Source: an uncultured Caldimonas sp. (GTDB lineage Bacteria > Pseudomonadota > Gammaproteobacteria > Burkholderiales > Burkholderiaceae_C). Taken from it: a DNA stretch of 64,000 bases. The stretch is taken from assembly GCA_964552215.1 (NCBI GenBank), contig CAZKGD010000006.1, positions 5,871 through 69,870 of the forward strand, written 5' to 3'. The position numbers and the translations under genes were made by a program. Under the pieces are notes generated by a model, which did no database searches, was not told the origin of the DNA, and saw only the letters and a program-made list of their open reading frames with translations. Positions 39,662 to 48,935 of the stretch are shown here, in pieces; the first letter of the stretch is position 1; every line of letters starts with the position of its first letter.

Positions 39662-41029
39662 ATGGCCAAGGACAAGACGATCTACACCTGCCGCGAGTGC
39701 GGCGGCACCACCCCGAAGTGGCTGGGCAAGTGCCCGCACTGCAACGCCTGGAACACGCTCGAGGAAACCGTGGCCGAAAGCGCCTCGGGGTCGAAGAACC
39801 GCTACCAGTCGCTCGCCCAGGCGACCCCCGTCACCACGCTGGCCGAGATCGAGGCCAGCGACGTCGAGCGCACGCCCACGGGCCTGGAGGAACTCGACCG
39901 CGTGCTCGGTGGCGGCATCGTCGAAGGGGGCGTGGTGCTGATCGGCGGCGACCCGGGCATCGGCAAATCGACCCTGCTGCTGCAGGCGCTCGATGCCCTG
40001 TCCCAGACGCTGCCCACGCTGTATGTGACCGGCGAGGAGAGCGGTGCCCAGGTGGCCTTGCGCGCCCGCCGCCTGGGGCTCGATGCCTCGAAGGTGCGCG
40101 TGCAGGCCGAAACCCAGCTCGAGAAGATCCTCGCCACGCTGGCGGCCGAGCAGCCGGCCATCGCGGTGATCGACTCCATCCAGACGCTGTACTCCGAGCA
40201 GCTCAGCTCGGCGCCCGGCTCGGTGGCGCAGGTGCGTGAATGCGCCGCCCACCTCACCCGCACCGCCAAGGCCAGCGGCACGGCCATCGTGCTGGTGGGC
40301 CATGTCACCAAGGAAGGGGCCCTGGCCGGCCCGCGCGTGCTCGAGCACATGGTGGACACCGTGCTGTATTTCGAGGGCGACACCCACTCCAGCTTCCGCC
40401 TCGTGCGCGCCATCAAGAACCGCTTCGGCGCCGTCAACGAGATCGGCGTGTTTGCGATGACCGAACGCGGCCTCAAGGGCGTGGCCAACCCGAGCGCCAT
40501 CTTCCTGTCCACGCACAGCGCGCCGGTGGCAGGCTCGTGCGTGCTGGTCACGCTCGAAGGCACGCGACCCCTGCTGGTGGAGGTGCAGGCCCTGGTCGAC
40601 AGTTCGCCCATTCCCAGCCCGCGGCGGCTGTCGGTGGGCCTGGAGCAGAACCGCCTGGCCATGCTGCTGGCGGTGATGCACCGCCACGCCGGCATCGCCT
40701 GCTTCGATCAGGACGTCTTCGTCAACGCCGTGGGCGGCGTGCGCATCACCGAGCCGGCCGCCGACCTGGCCGTGATGCTGTCCATCCAGAGCTCGCTGCG
40801 CGGCAAGGCGCTGCCGCGCGGCTTTCTCACCTTCGGCGAGGTGGGTCTGGCCGGCGAGGTGCGCCCCGCCCCGCGCGGGCAGGAGCGGCTGAAGGAAGCC
40901 GCAAAGCTGGGGTTTTCGGTGGCCATCGTGCCCAAGGCCAATGCGCCAAAGAAGCCCGTCGAGGGGCTGACGATCCATCCGGTCGAGCGCGTCGAGCAGG
41001 CCATCGACCTGGTGCGAACGCTCACTTAA
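39662..41029 (+). CDS. radA: DNA repair protein RadA/Sms
   Basis: C4 zinc finger, GDPGIGKSTL, KNRFG and Lon-like C-terminus. Confidence 0.97.
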   Translation: MAKDKTIYTCRECGGTTPKWLGKCPHCNAWNTLEETVAESASGSKNRYQSLAQATPVTTLAEIEASDVERTPTGLEELDRVLGGGIVEGGVVLIGGDPGIGKSTLLLQALDALSQTLPTLYVTGEESGAQVALRARRLGLDASKVRVQAETQLEKILATLAAEQPAIAVIDSIQTLYSEQLSSAPGSVAQVRECAAHLTRTAKASGTAIVLVGHVTKEGALAGPRVLEHMVDTVLYFEGDTHSSFRLVRAIKNRFGAVNEIGVFAMTERGLKGVANPSAIFLSTHSAPVAGSCVLVTLEGTRPLLVEVQALVDSSPIPSPRRLSVGLEQNRLAMLLAVMHRHAGIACFDQDVFVNAVGGVRITEPAADLAVMLSIQSSLRGKALPRGFLTFGEVGLAGEVRPAPRGQERLKEAAKLGFSVAIVPKANAPKKPVEGLTIHPVERVEQAIDLVRTLT

Positions 41030-41114
41030 GCCCAGGACACGTCTTCGCGGAAGATCCTCCCGCTTGCCCTGCCGCGCAAGTCGCAGTACGGTGGTGCGGC
41101 TTTGCGAAAGTGCA

Positions 41115-41133
41115 TTTGTTGCAATGCAACAAA
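41115..41133. promoter_or_regulatory. Perfect inverted repeat upstream of the BCCT gene
   Basis: TTTGTTGCA-A-TGCAACAAA in an AT-rich promoter region. Confidence 0.6.
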
Positions 41134-41180
41134 CTGCCTAGGATCGCGCCCTTTTTGCGGCAACAAGAAGAGGACACACC

Positions 41181-42701
41181 ATGCAACTCATCGTCTCGGC
41201 CGGGTTGATCCTGGCGGTTGTGCTGTGGGGGCTGCTGGCGCCGGCTTCGCTGGGCGCCTTCTTCAACGAAGCCCTGGGCAGCATCACCCACAACTTCGGC
41301 TGGTTCTATCTCTGGGTGGTGCTGGCGCTGGTGGCGCTGGCCATGCTGCTGGCCTTCAGCCGCTACGGCGACCTGAAGCTGGGCGCAGAGGACGACGAGC
41401 CCGAGTTCTCGATCGGCGCGTGGTTCGCGATGCTGTTTGCCGCCGGCATGGGCATCGGCCTGGTGTTCTGGGGGGTGGCCGAGCCGATCTCGCACTACAC
41501 CGCGCCGCCCCCGGGCATCGCACCCGAAACACCCGAGGCTGCCAATGCGGCCATGCGCTACGCCTTCTTCCACTGGGGCTTGCACCCCTGGGCGGTGTAT
41601 GCGGTGGTGGGCCTGAGCATCGCCTTCTTCCAGTTCCGCCGCGGCGCGCCAGCGCTGGTGAGCGCCTCCACCGACGCCCTGCCCTGGAAACCGATACAGC
41701 GGCTGTCACCCGTGGTGAACGTGCTGGCGGTGGTGGCCACGGCCTTCGGCGTGGCGGCCTCGCTGGGCATCGGCGCGCTGCAGATCAACAGCGGCTTGAA
41801 CACCGTCTTCGGGCTGCCGGTGGGGCGGGTGGCCCAGGTGGCCATCATCATGGTGGTGACGGCCATCTTCCTGGCTTCGGCGCTGAGCGGCGTGACGCGG
41901 GGCATCAAGTGGCTGTCCTCCTTCAACCTCGTGGTGGCCGCGGCGCTCACGCTGCTGGTGTTCCTGCTTGGCCCCACCGTGGCGCTGATCGACACCTTCA
42001 CGACCACGCTGGGCGCCTACGCGAGCGAGTTCGTGCGCATGAGCCTGCGCACCACGCCCTTCCGCGACAGCGGCTGGGTGAGCGGCTGGACGGTCTTCTA
42101 CTGGGCCTGGTGGGTGAGCTGGTCGCCCTTCGTGGGCCTGTTCATCGCCCGCGTGTCGCGTGGGCGCACGATCCGCGAGTTCGTCATCGGCACGGTGCTC
42201 GCCCCCACGCTGGCCGGCTTCGTCTGGTTCTCGGTGTTCGGCGGCACGGCCCTGCACCTGGAGATCTTCCAGGGCGTGCCGGTGGCCGAGGCGGTCCAGG
42301 CCGACGTCTCCACGGCCCTGTTCGCGATGTTCGATGCGCTGCCCCTGGGCCTGCTGATGTCGCCGGCCGCCACGGTGCTGGTGCTGGTCTTTTTCGTCAC
42401 CTCGGGCGACTCGGCCACCCTGGTGCTGGGCATGATGAGCACCCAGGGCAACCCCAACCCGCCGGCCAGGGTCAAGCTGATCTGGGGCGTGCTGGTGTCC
42501 GGCATCGCCATCAGCCTGCTGCTCACCGGTGGCGTGCAGGCGGTGCAGACGGCCACCATCGTCTTCGCCCTGCCGTTCGCGGTGGTGATCGTGGGCATGG
42601 CCGTGTCGCTGTGGCTGGCGGTGCGCCACGACTGGCGCGAGGAGCAAAAGCGTGAGCGAGCCTTGCGACAGCGCATGCGGGAACTGGCCGGTCAGAAATA
42701 G
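41181..42701 (+). CDS. BCCT family (betaine/carnitine/choline) transporter
   Basis: AGMGIGLVFWGVAEP, FHWGLHPW and WTVFYWAWWVSWSPFVGLFIARVSRGRTIREF motifs. Confidence 0.95.
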   Translation: MQLIVSAGLILAVVLWGLLAPASLGAFFNEALGSITHNFGWFYLWVVLALVALAMLLAFSRYGDLKLGAEDDEPEFSIGAWFAMLFAAGMGIGLVFWGVAEPISHYTAPPPGIAPETPEAANAAMRYAFFHWGLHPWAVYAVVGLSIAFFQFRRGAPALVSASTDALPWKPIQRLSPVVNVLAVVATAFGVAASLGIGALQINSGLNTVFGLPVGRVAQVAIIMVVTAIFLASALSGVTRGIKWLSSFNLVVAAALTLLVFLLGPTVALIDTFTTTLGAYASEFVRMSLRTTPFRDSGWVSGWTVFYWAWWVSWSPFVGLFIARVSRGRTIREFVIGTVLAPTLAGFVWFSVFGGTALHLEIFQGVPVAEAVQADVSTALFAMFDALPLGLLMSPAATVLVLVFFVTSGDSATLVLGMMSTQGNPNPPARVKLIWGVLVSGIAISLLLTGGVQAVQTATIVFALPFAVVIVGMAVSLWLAVRHDWREEQKRERALRQRMRELAGQK

Positions 42702-42763
42702 GCCACGGCCGCTGCGGAGACTACGCAGCGGCGTGCCGGCCGCGCGCCCTTAGACTCGCCCCC

Positions 42764-43168
42764 ATGAATCCCTGGATCGGCTGGGGCCTGGCGGCCCTGT
42801 TCACCCTGCTCGCGTGGCAGCAGTACGGCTGGCAAGGCCTGCTCTTTGCCTTTTCGGCCATCACCTTCTGGCTGCTGCTGCAGTTCAACAAGGCCGTGCG
42901 CGTGATGCGCCAGGCCGGCAGTGCGCCCGTGGGCTACATCGGCAGCGCGGTGATGCTCAACGCCAAGCTGCAGAAGGGTCTGCCCATGATCAAGATCGTG
43001 ATGATGACGCGCAGCCTCGGCCAGAAGGTGGGCGACGAGCCGGAGGCCTATCGATGGACCGATCCGAGCGGTTCCCACGTGACCCTGGAGCTGCACGGCG
43101 GCAAGCTCGCACGCTGGACGCTGTGGCGTCCGCAGGACGCGACGCAAACCGTCCCGCCCGCCCCGTAA
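42764..43168 (+). CDS. Conserved hypothetical membrane protein
   Basis: Two N-terminal TM segments; SAVMLNAKL and TRSLG. Position between radA and ilvE. Confidence 0.75.
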   Translation: MNPWIGWGLAALFTLLAWQQYGWQGLLFAFSAITFWLLLQFNKAVRVMRQAGSAPVGYIGSAVMLNAKLQKGLPMIKIVMMTRSLGQKVGDEPEAYRWTDPSGSHVTLELHGGKLARWTLWRPQDATQTVPPAP

Positions 43169-43205
43169 AATCGCTGCTTTACCCCGTTTCCCCAAGGAGC
43201 CTTGC

Positions 43206-44129
43206 ATGGGCATGGAAGACCGCGACGGCAAGATCTGGATGGATGGCCAGCTGGTGGACTGGCGCGACGCCAAGATCCATGTGCTGACCCACACGCTGCA
43301 CTACGGTTGCGGCGCCTTCGAGGGCGTGCGCGCCTACAACACGGTGAACGGCACGGCCATCTTCCGCCTGCGCGAGCACACCGAGCGCCTGTTCAACAGC
43401 GCCAAGATCCTGCGCATGAAGATCCCCTACTCCGTGGAGCAGGTGATGGAGGCGCAACGCGAGGTCGTGCGCGTCAACAAGCTCGAGAGCTGCTACATCC
43501 GCCCGCTCACCTGGATCGGCTCGGAAAAGCTGGGCGTGAGCCCCAAGGGCAACACCATCCACCTGATGATCGCTGCCTGGGCCTGGGGTGCCTACCTGGG
43601 CGAGGAAGGCCTGAAGCGCGGCATCCGCGTCAAGACCTCCAGCTACACCCGCCACCACGTCAACATCACGATGACGCAGGCCAAGGCGGTGAGCAACTAC
43701 AGCAACTCCATCCTGGCCAACATGGAGGCCACCGAGGACGGCTATGACGAGGCCCTGCTGCTCGACTCGGCCGGCTTCGTCTCCGAGGGCGCGGGCGAGA
43801 ACCTCTTCATCATCAAGAACGGCGTGCTCTACACACCCGACCTGTCGGCCGGTGCGCTCAACGGCATCACGCGCAACACCATCTTCGCGATCTGCCAGGA
43901 CCTGGGCCTGAAGCTCGTGGAAAAGCGCATCACCCGCGACGAGGTCTACATCGCCGACGAGGCCTTCTTCACCGGCACCGCCGCCGAGGTGACGCCCATC
44001 CGCGAGCTCGACCGCATCGAGATCGGGGGCGGCTCGCGCGGGCCCATCACCGAGAAGATCCAGTCGGCCTTCTTCGATATCGTCAATGGCCGCAACCCCA
44101 AGTACGCCGAATGGCTGACCAAGGTCTGA
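43206..44129 (+). CDS. ilvE: Branched-chain amino acid aminotransferase
   Basis: HTLHYG...FEGVRAY, EGAGENLF, LNGITR and FFTGTAAEVTP motifs. Confidence 0.96.
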   Translation: MGMEDRDGKIWMDGQLVDWRDAKIHVLTHTLHYGCGAFEGVRAYNTVNGTAIFRLREHTERLFNSAKILRMKIPYSVEQVMEAQREVVRVNKLESCYIRPLTWIGSEKLGVSPKGNTIHLMIAAWAWGAYLGEEGLKRGIRVKTSSYTRHHVNITMTQAKAVSNYSNSILANMEATEDGYDEALLLDSAGFVSEGAGENLFIIKNGVLYTPDLSAGALNGITRNTIFAICQDLGLKLVEKRITRDEVYIADEAFFTGTAAEVTPIRELDRIEIGGGSRGPITEKIQSAFFDIVNGRNPKYAEWLTKV

Positions 44130-44140
44130 GGACACCGGCG

Positions 44141-44347
44141 ATGAGCAGCAAACCCGTCGACGTCGTCGAGCTGTCGGCCCAGGATCTCCAAGGCCACGGG
44201 GTGGTGTTCTGCCCCAACCCGAAGATGCCCTTGTGGAGCGCCCATCCCAAGGTCTACATCGACGTGGCCACCACCGGCGAGGGCAAGTGCCCCTATTGCG
44301 GCACGGTCTACCGGCTCAAGGCCGGCGAGAACATCCACGGCCACTGA
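44141..44347 (+). CDS. Small zinc-finger protein (zf-CHCC)
   Basis: C...HPKVYI...CPYCG pattern. Confidence 0.88.
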   Translation: MSSKPVDVVELSAQDLQGHGVVFCPNPKMPLWSAHPKVYIDVATTGEGKCPYCGTVYRLKAGENIHGH

Positions 44348-44384
44348 CGTCCCGGCCCCGGCCCGCGCCCTGGAGACGCTTGCC

Positions 44385-45728
44385 ATGACGCGGCTGAAGT
44401 CCTTCCTGCTCGCCCTGCGCGACATGATCCCGGCCGCGGCACCCTTCGTGCTGCTGGCCCTGGCCTTGATGGCCGTGGCCTACTGGGCGCTGCAGCCCAC
44501 GCCGCCCCAGCGCCTGGTGCTGGCCACCGGCACCGAGCAAAGCGCCTACGACGTGCTGGGCCAGCGCTACCGAGAGGCCCTGGCGCCCTTCGGCATCACG
44601 GTGGAGCTGCGCCGCACGGCCGGCTCGGGCGAGAACCTCGCCCTGCTGCAGCAAGGCGCGGTGGACGTGGCCTTCCTGCAGGGCGGCATCTACCGGGCCC
44701 CGCCCGGCGAGCCCGACCACGACCCGGGCCTCGTGTCGCTGGGCAGCCTCTTCTTCGAACCGGTGTGGCTGTTCTACCGCGAAGCCGCCGCCACGCAGAG
44801 ACTGGGGCGCCCCACCCTGGACGCCCTCACCGAACTGCGCGGCTGGACGCTGAATGCCGGGGCTGAAGGCAGTGGCGTGAAGTTGCTTTCGGAGCGGCTC
44901 CTCGATCTCAACGGCCTGGCAGCCACCGACCTGCAGCTCAGCCACCTGGCCAACACCCCGGCCGTGGTGGAGTTGCTGGAAGGGCGCCTCGATGCCATGG
45001 TGTTCGTCTCGGCACCCGATGCGCCGCTGGTGCAGATGCTGCTGCTCACGCCGGGCATCCGGCTGTTCAGTTTCGTGCAATCCGAAGCCTACGCACGCAA
45101 GCTGCCCTACCTGTCGGCCGTGACGCTGCCTCGCGGTGTGGTGGACCTCGCCCGCGACATGCCAGGCGACGACGTGCGGCTCATCGCCCCCACCGCGACG
45201 CTGGCCGCGCGGGAGCAGCTGCACCCGGCGCTGGTGCAGCTGATGATGCAGGCCGCCACGCGCATCCACGGCGAGGCCGGCTGGTTCGCGCGCGCCAACG
45301 AATTCCCCAACGCCCAGCATGTCGATCTGCCGCTGGCCGCGGAGGCCCAGCGCTACTTCCGCAGCGGTACGCCCTGGCTGCAGCGCTACCTGCCCTTCTG
45401 GCTGTCGAACCTCATCGACCGCATGTGGGTGGTGCTGGTGTCCATCATCGCGGTGCTGATCCCGCTGTCGCGCCTGGTGCCGCCGCTCTACGAGTTCCGC
45501 GTGCGTTCGCGCATCTTCCGCTGGTACGCCCGGCTGCGCGACGTGGAAGACGCCCTGGAGCGCGGCGACACGCCCACGCAGGACCTCCTGGAAGAGCTGA
45601 AGGACGTGGAGGACCGCGCCTCGCACATCAGCGTGCCGCTGTCGTATGCCGACGAACTCTATGCCCTGCGCCAGCACATCGACCTGGTGCGTGCGCGCAT
45701 CCTGGGCGGCGCCGAGGCCGCGGGCTGA
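44385..45728 (+). CDS. TAXI-family solute-binding-like protein with an extra C-terminal TM and cytoplasmic tail
   Basis: LATG...AY, TAGSGENL, EPVWLFYR and GAEGSG motifs; hydrophobic segment near the C-terminus. Confidence 0.8.
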   Translation: MTRLKSFLLALRDMIPAAAPFVLLALALMAVAYWALQPTPPQRLVLATGTEQSAYDVLGQRYREALAPFGITVELRRTAGSGENLALLQQGAVDVAFLQGGIYRAPPGEPDHDPGLVSLGSLFFEPVWLFYREAAATQRLGRPTLDALTELRGWTLNAGAEGSGVKLLSERLLDLNGLAATDLQLSHLANTPAVVELLEGRLDAMVFVSAPDAPLVQMLLLTPGIRLFSFVQSEAYARKLPYLSAVTLPRGVVDLARDMPGDDVRLIAPTATLAAREQLHPALVQLMMQAATRIHGEAGWFARANEFPNAQHVDLPLAAEAQRYFRSGTPWLQRYLPFWLSNLIDRMWVVLVSIIAVLIPLSRLVPPLYEFRVRSRIFRWYARLRDVEDALERGDTPTQDLLEELKDVEDRASHISVPLSYADELYALRQHIDLVRARILGGAEAAG

Positions 45729-46457
45729 TCAGATCTTCAGCGGGTCGAGTTCGGCGTAGGCGTGGTTCATCCACAGCTTCAGGCGCTGGCGCTCCATCAG
45801 CCCCAGGCTGCTGCCGTCGCCGCCACTGGTGTTGCGGGCCGACCAGAAGCTCATGTTGGCGGCATCGATCTTCTGCGCCACCGAATCGTGCAGCTTGCGG
45901 ATGCTGATCGGTCGTGCGCCCAGCGTGATCGCGCGCTCCAGTTCGCCCGAGTCCTCGAGCTGGCTGAAGTCGTCGCCACGGAGCTGGTTGAGCACCAGCA
46001 CGTATTGCAGGCGCCGGCCGAAACGGTCGAGCAGCCGCTTGAGCAGGTCCACCGAATCCCTCCCGGCGTCCATCACGTGCCAGTAGTGAAGGGACAGCTC
46101 GGACACGTCGGCCAGGTCGAGCACGCCGGATTCGTCCATCCACTTCACCAGCGGCGCATGCGTCTGCGCGGCCAGATCGACCAGCACCCGGCGGCCCGGG
46201 TGGTCGATGGCCGACTCGATGATGCTGTCCAGCGCCTCGTAGCGATCCACCATCATCGGCGAGGCATAGCCCCCGTAGAAGCGGGAGAAGGTGCCGTGCG
46301 AACGGTCGGTGTCGAAGCCGACGAAGGGCAGGTTGTGGTCGATGAAGTACTGGGCCAGCAATCGGGACACGAGGGACTTGCCCACGCCACCCTTCTCACC
46401 GCCCACCAGGTGGACGATGGACTTGGGCGCAACCTCGAGGGTCGGGATCTGCGTCAT
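45729..46457 (-). CDS. ParA/MinD-like P-loop NTPase (MobD/StbB-like)
   Basis: Deviant Walker A GGEKGGVGKS, FDTD and VLVDLAA; AAGGAG SD before ATG 46457. Confidence 0.75.
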   Translation of the reverse strand: MTQIPTLEVAPKSIVHLVGGEKGGVGKSLVSRLLAQYFIDHNLPFVGFDTDRSHGTFSRFYGGYASPMMVDRYEALDSIIESAIDHPGRRVLVDLAAQTHAPLVKWMDESGVLDLADVSELSLHYWHVMDAGRDSVDLLKRLLDRFGRRLQYVLVLNQLRGDDFSQLEDSGELERAITLGARPISIRKLHDSVAQKIDAANMSFWSARNTSGGDGSSLGLMERQRLKLWMNHAYAELDPLKI

Positions 46458-46570
46458 GCGGTGAAGCTCCTTGCGGTCTGGGCCGGACGGCATCGGCACC
46501 GGGCAGTTGGCCCGGAGGTGCCGGTCTTTTCCGCCGATTGTGCCTGTGCGGCTGCCCCGATGATGCCAGC

Positions 46571-46891
46571 ATGAACCGCACCATCTTCCTGCACGCCCAG
46601 GCTCCGGCCAAGCCGCCGGTCGGTCAGGCCTGCAATGGCTGCGGGGTGTGCTGTGCCGACGAGCCCTGCCCGCTGGGACAGCTGGCGAGCCGCCGGCGTC
46701 GCGGACGCTGCAGCGCGCTCGCGTGGGACGAGCGCCTCGGCCTCTACCGCTGCGGGCTGCTGACCCGCCCTGCCGAGCACCTGCCACGGGCCCTGCGCCG
46801 CCTGGCACCCTGGCTCGAGCGCCTGGCCCGACGCTGGATCGCCGCCGGCCGCGGCTGCGATTCCAGCGTGCAGGTGCTCACCACGCGCTGA
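46571..46891 (+). CDS. Small Cys-rich protein (CxxCxxCC, YkgJ-like metal-binding)
   Basis: CNGCGVCC plus four more Cys in 106 aa. Confidence 0.7.
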   Translation: MNRTIFLHAQAPAKPPVGQACNGCGVCCADEPCPLGQLASRRRRGRCSALAWDERLGLYRCGLLTRPAEHLPRALRRLAPWLERLARRWIAAGRGCDSSVQVLTTR

Positions 46892-46892
46892 C

Positions 46893-47438
46893 TCACTGCC
46901 GATAGAAGACGTAGTCGGCCTGATAGGCCACCTGGCGGCGTTCGCCCTGGTTGGCCGCCATGCAGGGGGCCGAGGGCGCCACGCCGCCACGGGTGTTCAG
47001 GCGCTGGATGTGCGAGGTGCCCTGCATCGCGCCCATGCCCATGGCCGGGTTGGCCTGCACCAGCTGCAGCGGAATGTTGCCGGCGCCGGCCGGTGCCACG
47101 GCCAGCTGCTTGCCGGTCACCTTGGAGCCGTCGTTGGCCTCCCAGGTGGGGCCGCCGTAGTACTTGCCCACCACCTTGCGCTGGGTGTCATAGAGCGTGG
47201 CCACCGGCGTCACGAAGGCCCACTCGAACTGGCCGGCTGCGCCCGCCTTCGCCCGGCATTCGTAGGTGATCTCGCCGATGCCCACGGTGTACATCGTCTG
47301 GCGCGCACCGGCCGGTACCCGCACCTCGGCGGGCAGGCTCATGTTGTCGACCATGGTGGGCGCCATCGGCCTGGAGGTCATCGATCCGCAAGCGGCCAGG
47401 GAGAGCGAGGCCAGGGACAGCAGGAGGGTCTTGTGCAT
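46893..47438 (-). CDS. DUF3455-like lipoprotein
   Basis: Lipobox LAAC; YEC, P.ATLYD, GPTW...DGS, IQRLNTRGG and YQADYVF motifs. Confidence 0.85.
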   Translation of the reverse strand: MHKTLLLSLASLSLAACGSMTSRPMAPTMVDNMSLPAEVRVPAGARQTMYTVGIGEITYECRAKAGAAGQFEWAFVTPVATLYDTQRKVVGKYYGGPTWEANDGSKVTGKQLAVAPAGAGNIPLQLVQANPAMGMGAMQGTSHIQRLNTRGGVAPSAPCMAANQGERRQVAYQADYVFYRQ

Positions 47439-47502
47439 GGAGGGCTCCAATCGGTTGAACAGGGAGGGGCCAGGGCAGCCGTGCGGCCCGGCTCGGTTCC
47501 TG

Positions 47503-47529
47503 TACGCAGGCGGCCGCCGTCCGGATGCA
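47503..47529 (-). promoter_or_regulatory. ECF sigma-type promoter of the DUF3455 gene
   Basis: Minus strand TGCATCC-N16-CGTA, directly after the anti-sigma gene. Confidence 0.65.
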
Positions 47530-47548
47530 CGGCGGCGCGAGGAGCGGC

Positions 47549-48229
47549 TCAGAGCGTCACGGCGCCCGTGTAGAGGATGGGCCCGGTGGGCGCCCCGGTG
47601 GGCGATCCGCCCGGCGGCTCCAGGCTGACGGCCAGGGCGGCCGTCCCGTTCAGGACCTGCTCGCGCTGCAGCACCGTGGTCCGGTCGAGCTGGATCAGGC
47701 CCAGCGAGCGGGGCGCGCCCTGGCCGGGCACGGCCCAGAGCTCGAGCGCGCGGGTCGCGTCCACGTCGAGTGTGGCCAGCGGCCGCACCACTAGGCTGCG
47801 GCCATCGGCACTGACGCTGGCGACAAAGGCATTGGCTCCCTCGGGCGCGGCCAGCACCACCACCACGGGCGGGGCCAGCGGGGTCGGCTGGACCAGCAGC
47901 ACCGCCATCACCACCGCCGCCGCCGTGGCCAGCGCCGACCAGCCACGCCAGAAGGCCAGGCCGCTCCAGATCGAGCGCGGCGCCACAGCGGGCTGGGGCC
48001 GCCCGTCCAGCCGGGCCTCGATGGCCTGCCAGACCCGCGGCGGCGGCGCCACCACCGGCACGGTGTCGGCCAGCGGATGCAGGCGCTCCTGCCAGCGGGC
48101 CACGGCCTCGCGCAAGGACGGATGGGCGCCCATCAGTGTCTCGAAGCGGCGGCGCGCGCCACCGCGCAGCGTGCCCAGCACGTATTCGGCGGCCAGCCGG
48201 TCGGCCACGTCGGGGCGCAGTGCGATCAT
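47549..48229 (-). CDS. Anti-sigma factor, RskA family
   Basis: LAAEYVLGTL, ELWAV...PRSLG and AVSLEPPGGSPTGAPTGP motifs. Confidence 0.92.
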   Translation of the reverse strand: MIALRPDVADRLAAEYVLGTLRGGARRRFETLMGAHPSLREAVARWQERLHPLADTVPVVAPPPRVWQAIEARLDGRPQPAVAPRSIWSGLAFWRGWSALATAAAVVMAVLLVQPTPLAPPVVVVLAAPEGANAFVASVSADGRSLVVRPLATLDVDATRALELWAVPGQGAPRSLGLIQLDRTTVLQREQVLNGTAALAVSLEPPGGSPTGAPTGPILYTGAVTL

Positions 48230-48852
48230 GCGAGGCCTCCGGGGGCCAGGCGTTCCAGGCAGGCCTTCAGCGACTGCAGGCCGCGGCGGATCCAGGACTT
48301 CACCGAACCCAGCGGCTGGGCCATCTGCTCGGCCACCTCGCTGTGCGACAGGCCCTGGTAATAGGCCAGGGCCAAGCTGTGCTGCTGCTCGGCCGACAGC
48401 CCGCCCAGACATTGCTGCAGCAGGCGGGCCTCGACCGCACGCTGCAGCAGCTCGACCGGTCCGGGGCCGGGATCGGGGTGGGTGTTGACCACGTCGTTGT
48501 CCTGTTCATCCTCGTCGCTGCCACTGCGCACCACCTGCGGCTGGGCCTGGGCCCGGCGCAGGCTGTCGATCGCACGGTTGCGTGCAATGCTGGTCAGCCA
48601 GGTCAGGGGCTGGGCGCGCGCGGCATCAAAGCCGCCCGCGGCCCGCCAGACGTTCAGGTAGACCTCCTGCAGCACCTCTTCGGCCTGCGCCCGGTCCCGG
48701 TTGATACGCAGGACCACCGCAAACAGATGCGAGGACGTGCGCCGGTACAGCTCGGCGAAGGCGGCGCGCCGCCCGAGCGCGGTCTCGGCCAGCAGCCGGG
48801 CCAGCTCGCGGCTGCGTTCGTTCCCTTCGGCGGCGACGGGGGTGGGGTCCAT
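48226..48852 (-). CDS. ECF sigma factor (SigK/RpoT-like)
   Basis: AEEVLQEVY, WLTSIARNRAID and PLGSVKSWIRRGL motifs; ATGA-coupled to the anti-sigma gene. Confidence 0.92.
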   Translation of the reverse strand: MDPTPVAAEGNERSRELARLLAETALGRRAAFAELYRRTSSHLFAVVLRINRDRAQAEEVLQEVYLNVWRAAGGFDAARAQPLTWLTSIARNRAIDSLRRAQAQPQVVRSGSDEDEQDNDVVNTHPDPGPGPVELLQRAVEARLLQQCLGGLSAEQQHSLALAYYQGLSHSEVAEQMAQPLGSVKSWIRRGLQSLKACLERLAPGGLA

Positions 48853-48935
48853 GCCGGCGCATTGTGCCGCACAGGCCCGGCGCCTGCAGGCGCCGGGCAT
48901 GGGGCTCCGTACAATCTCCTGATCCGGAATTCACC

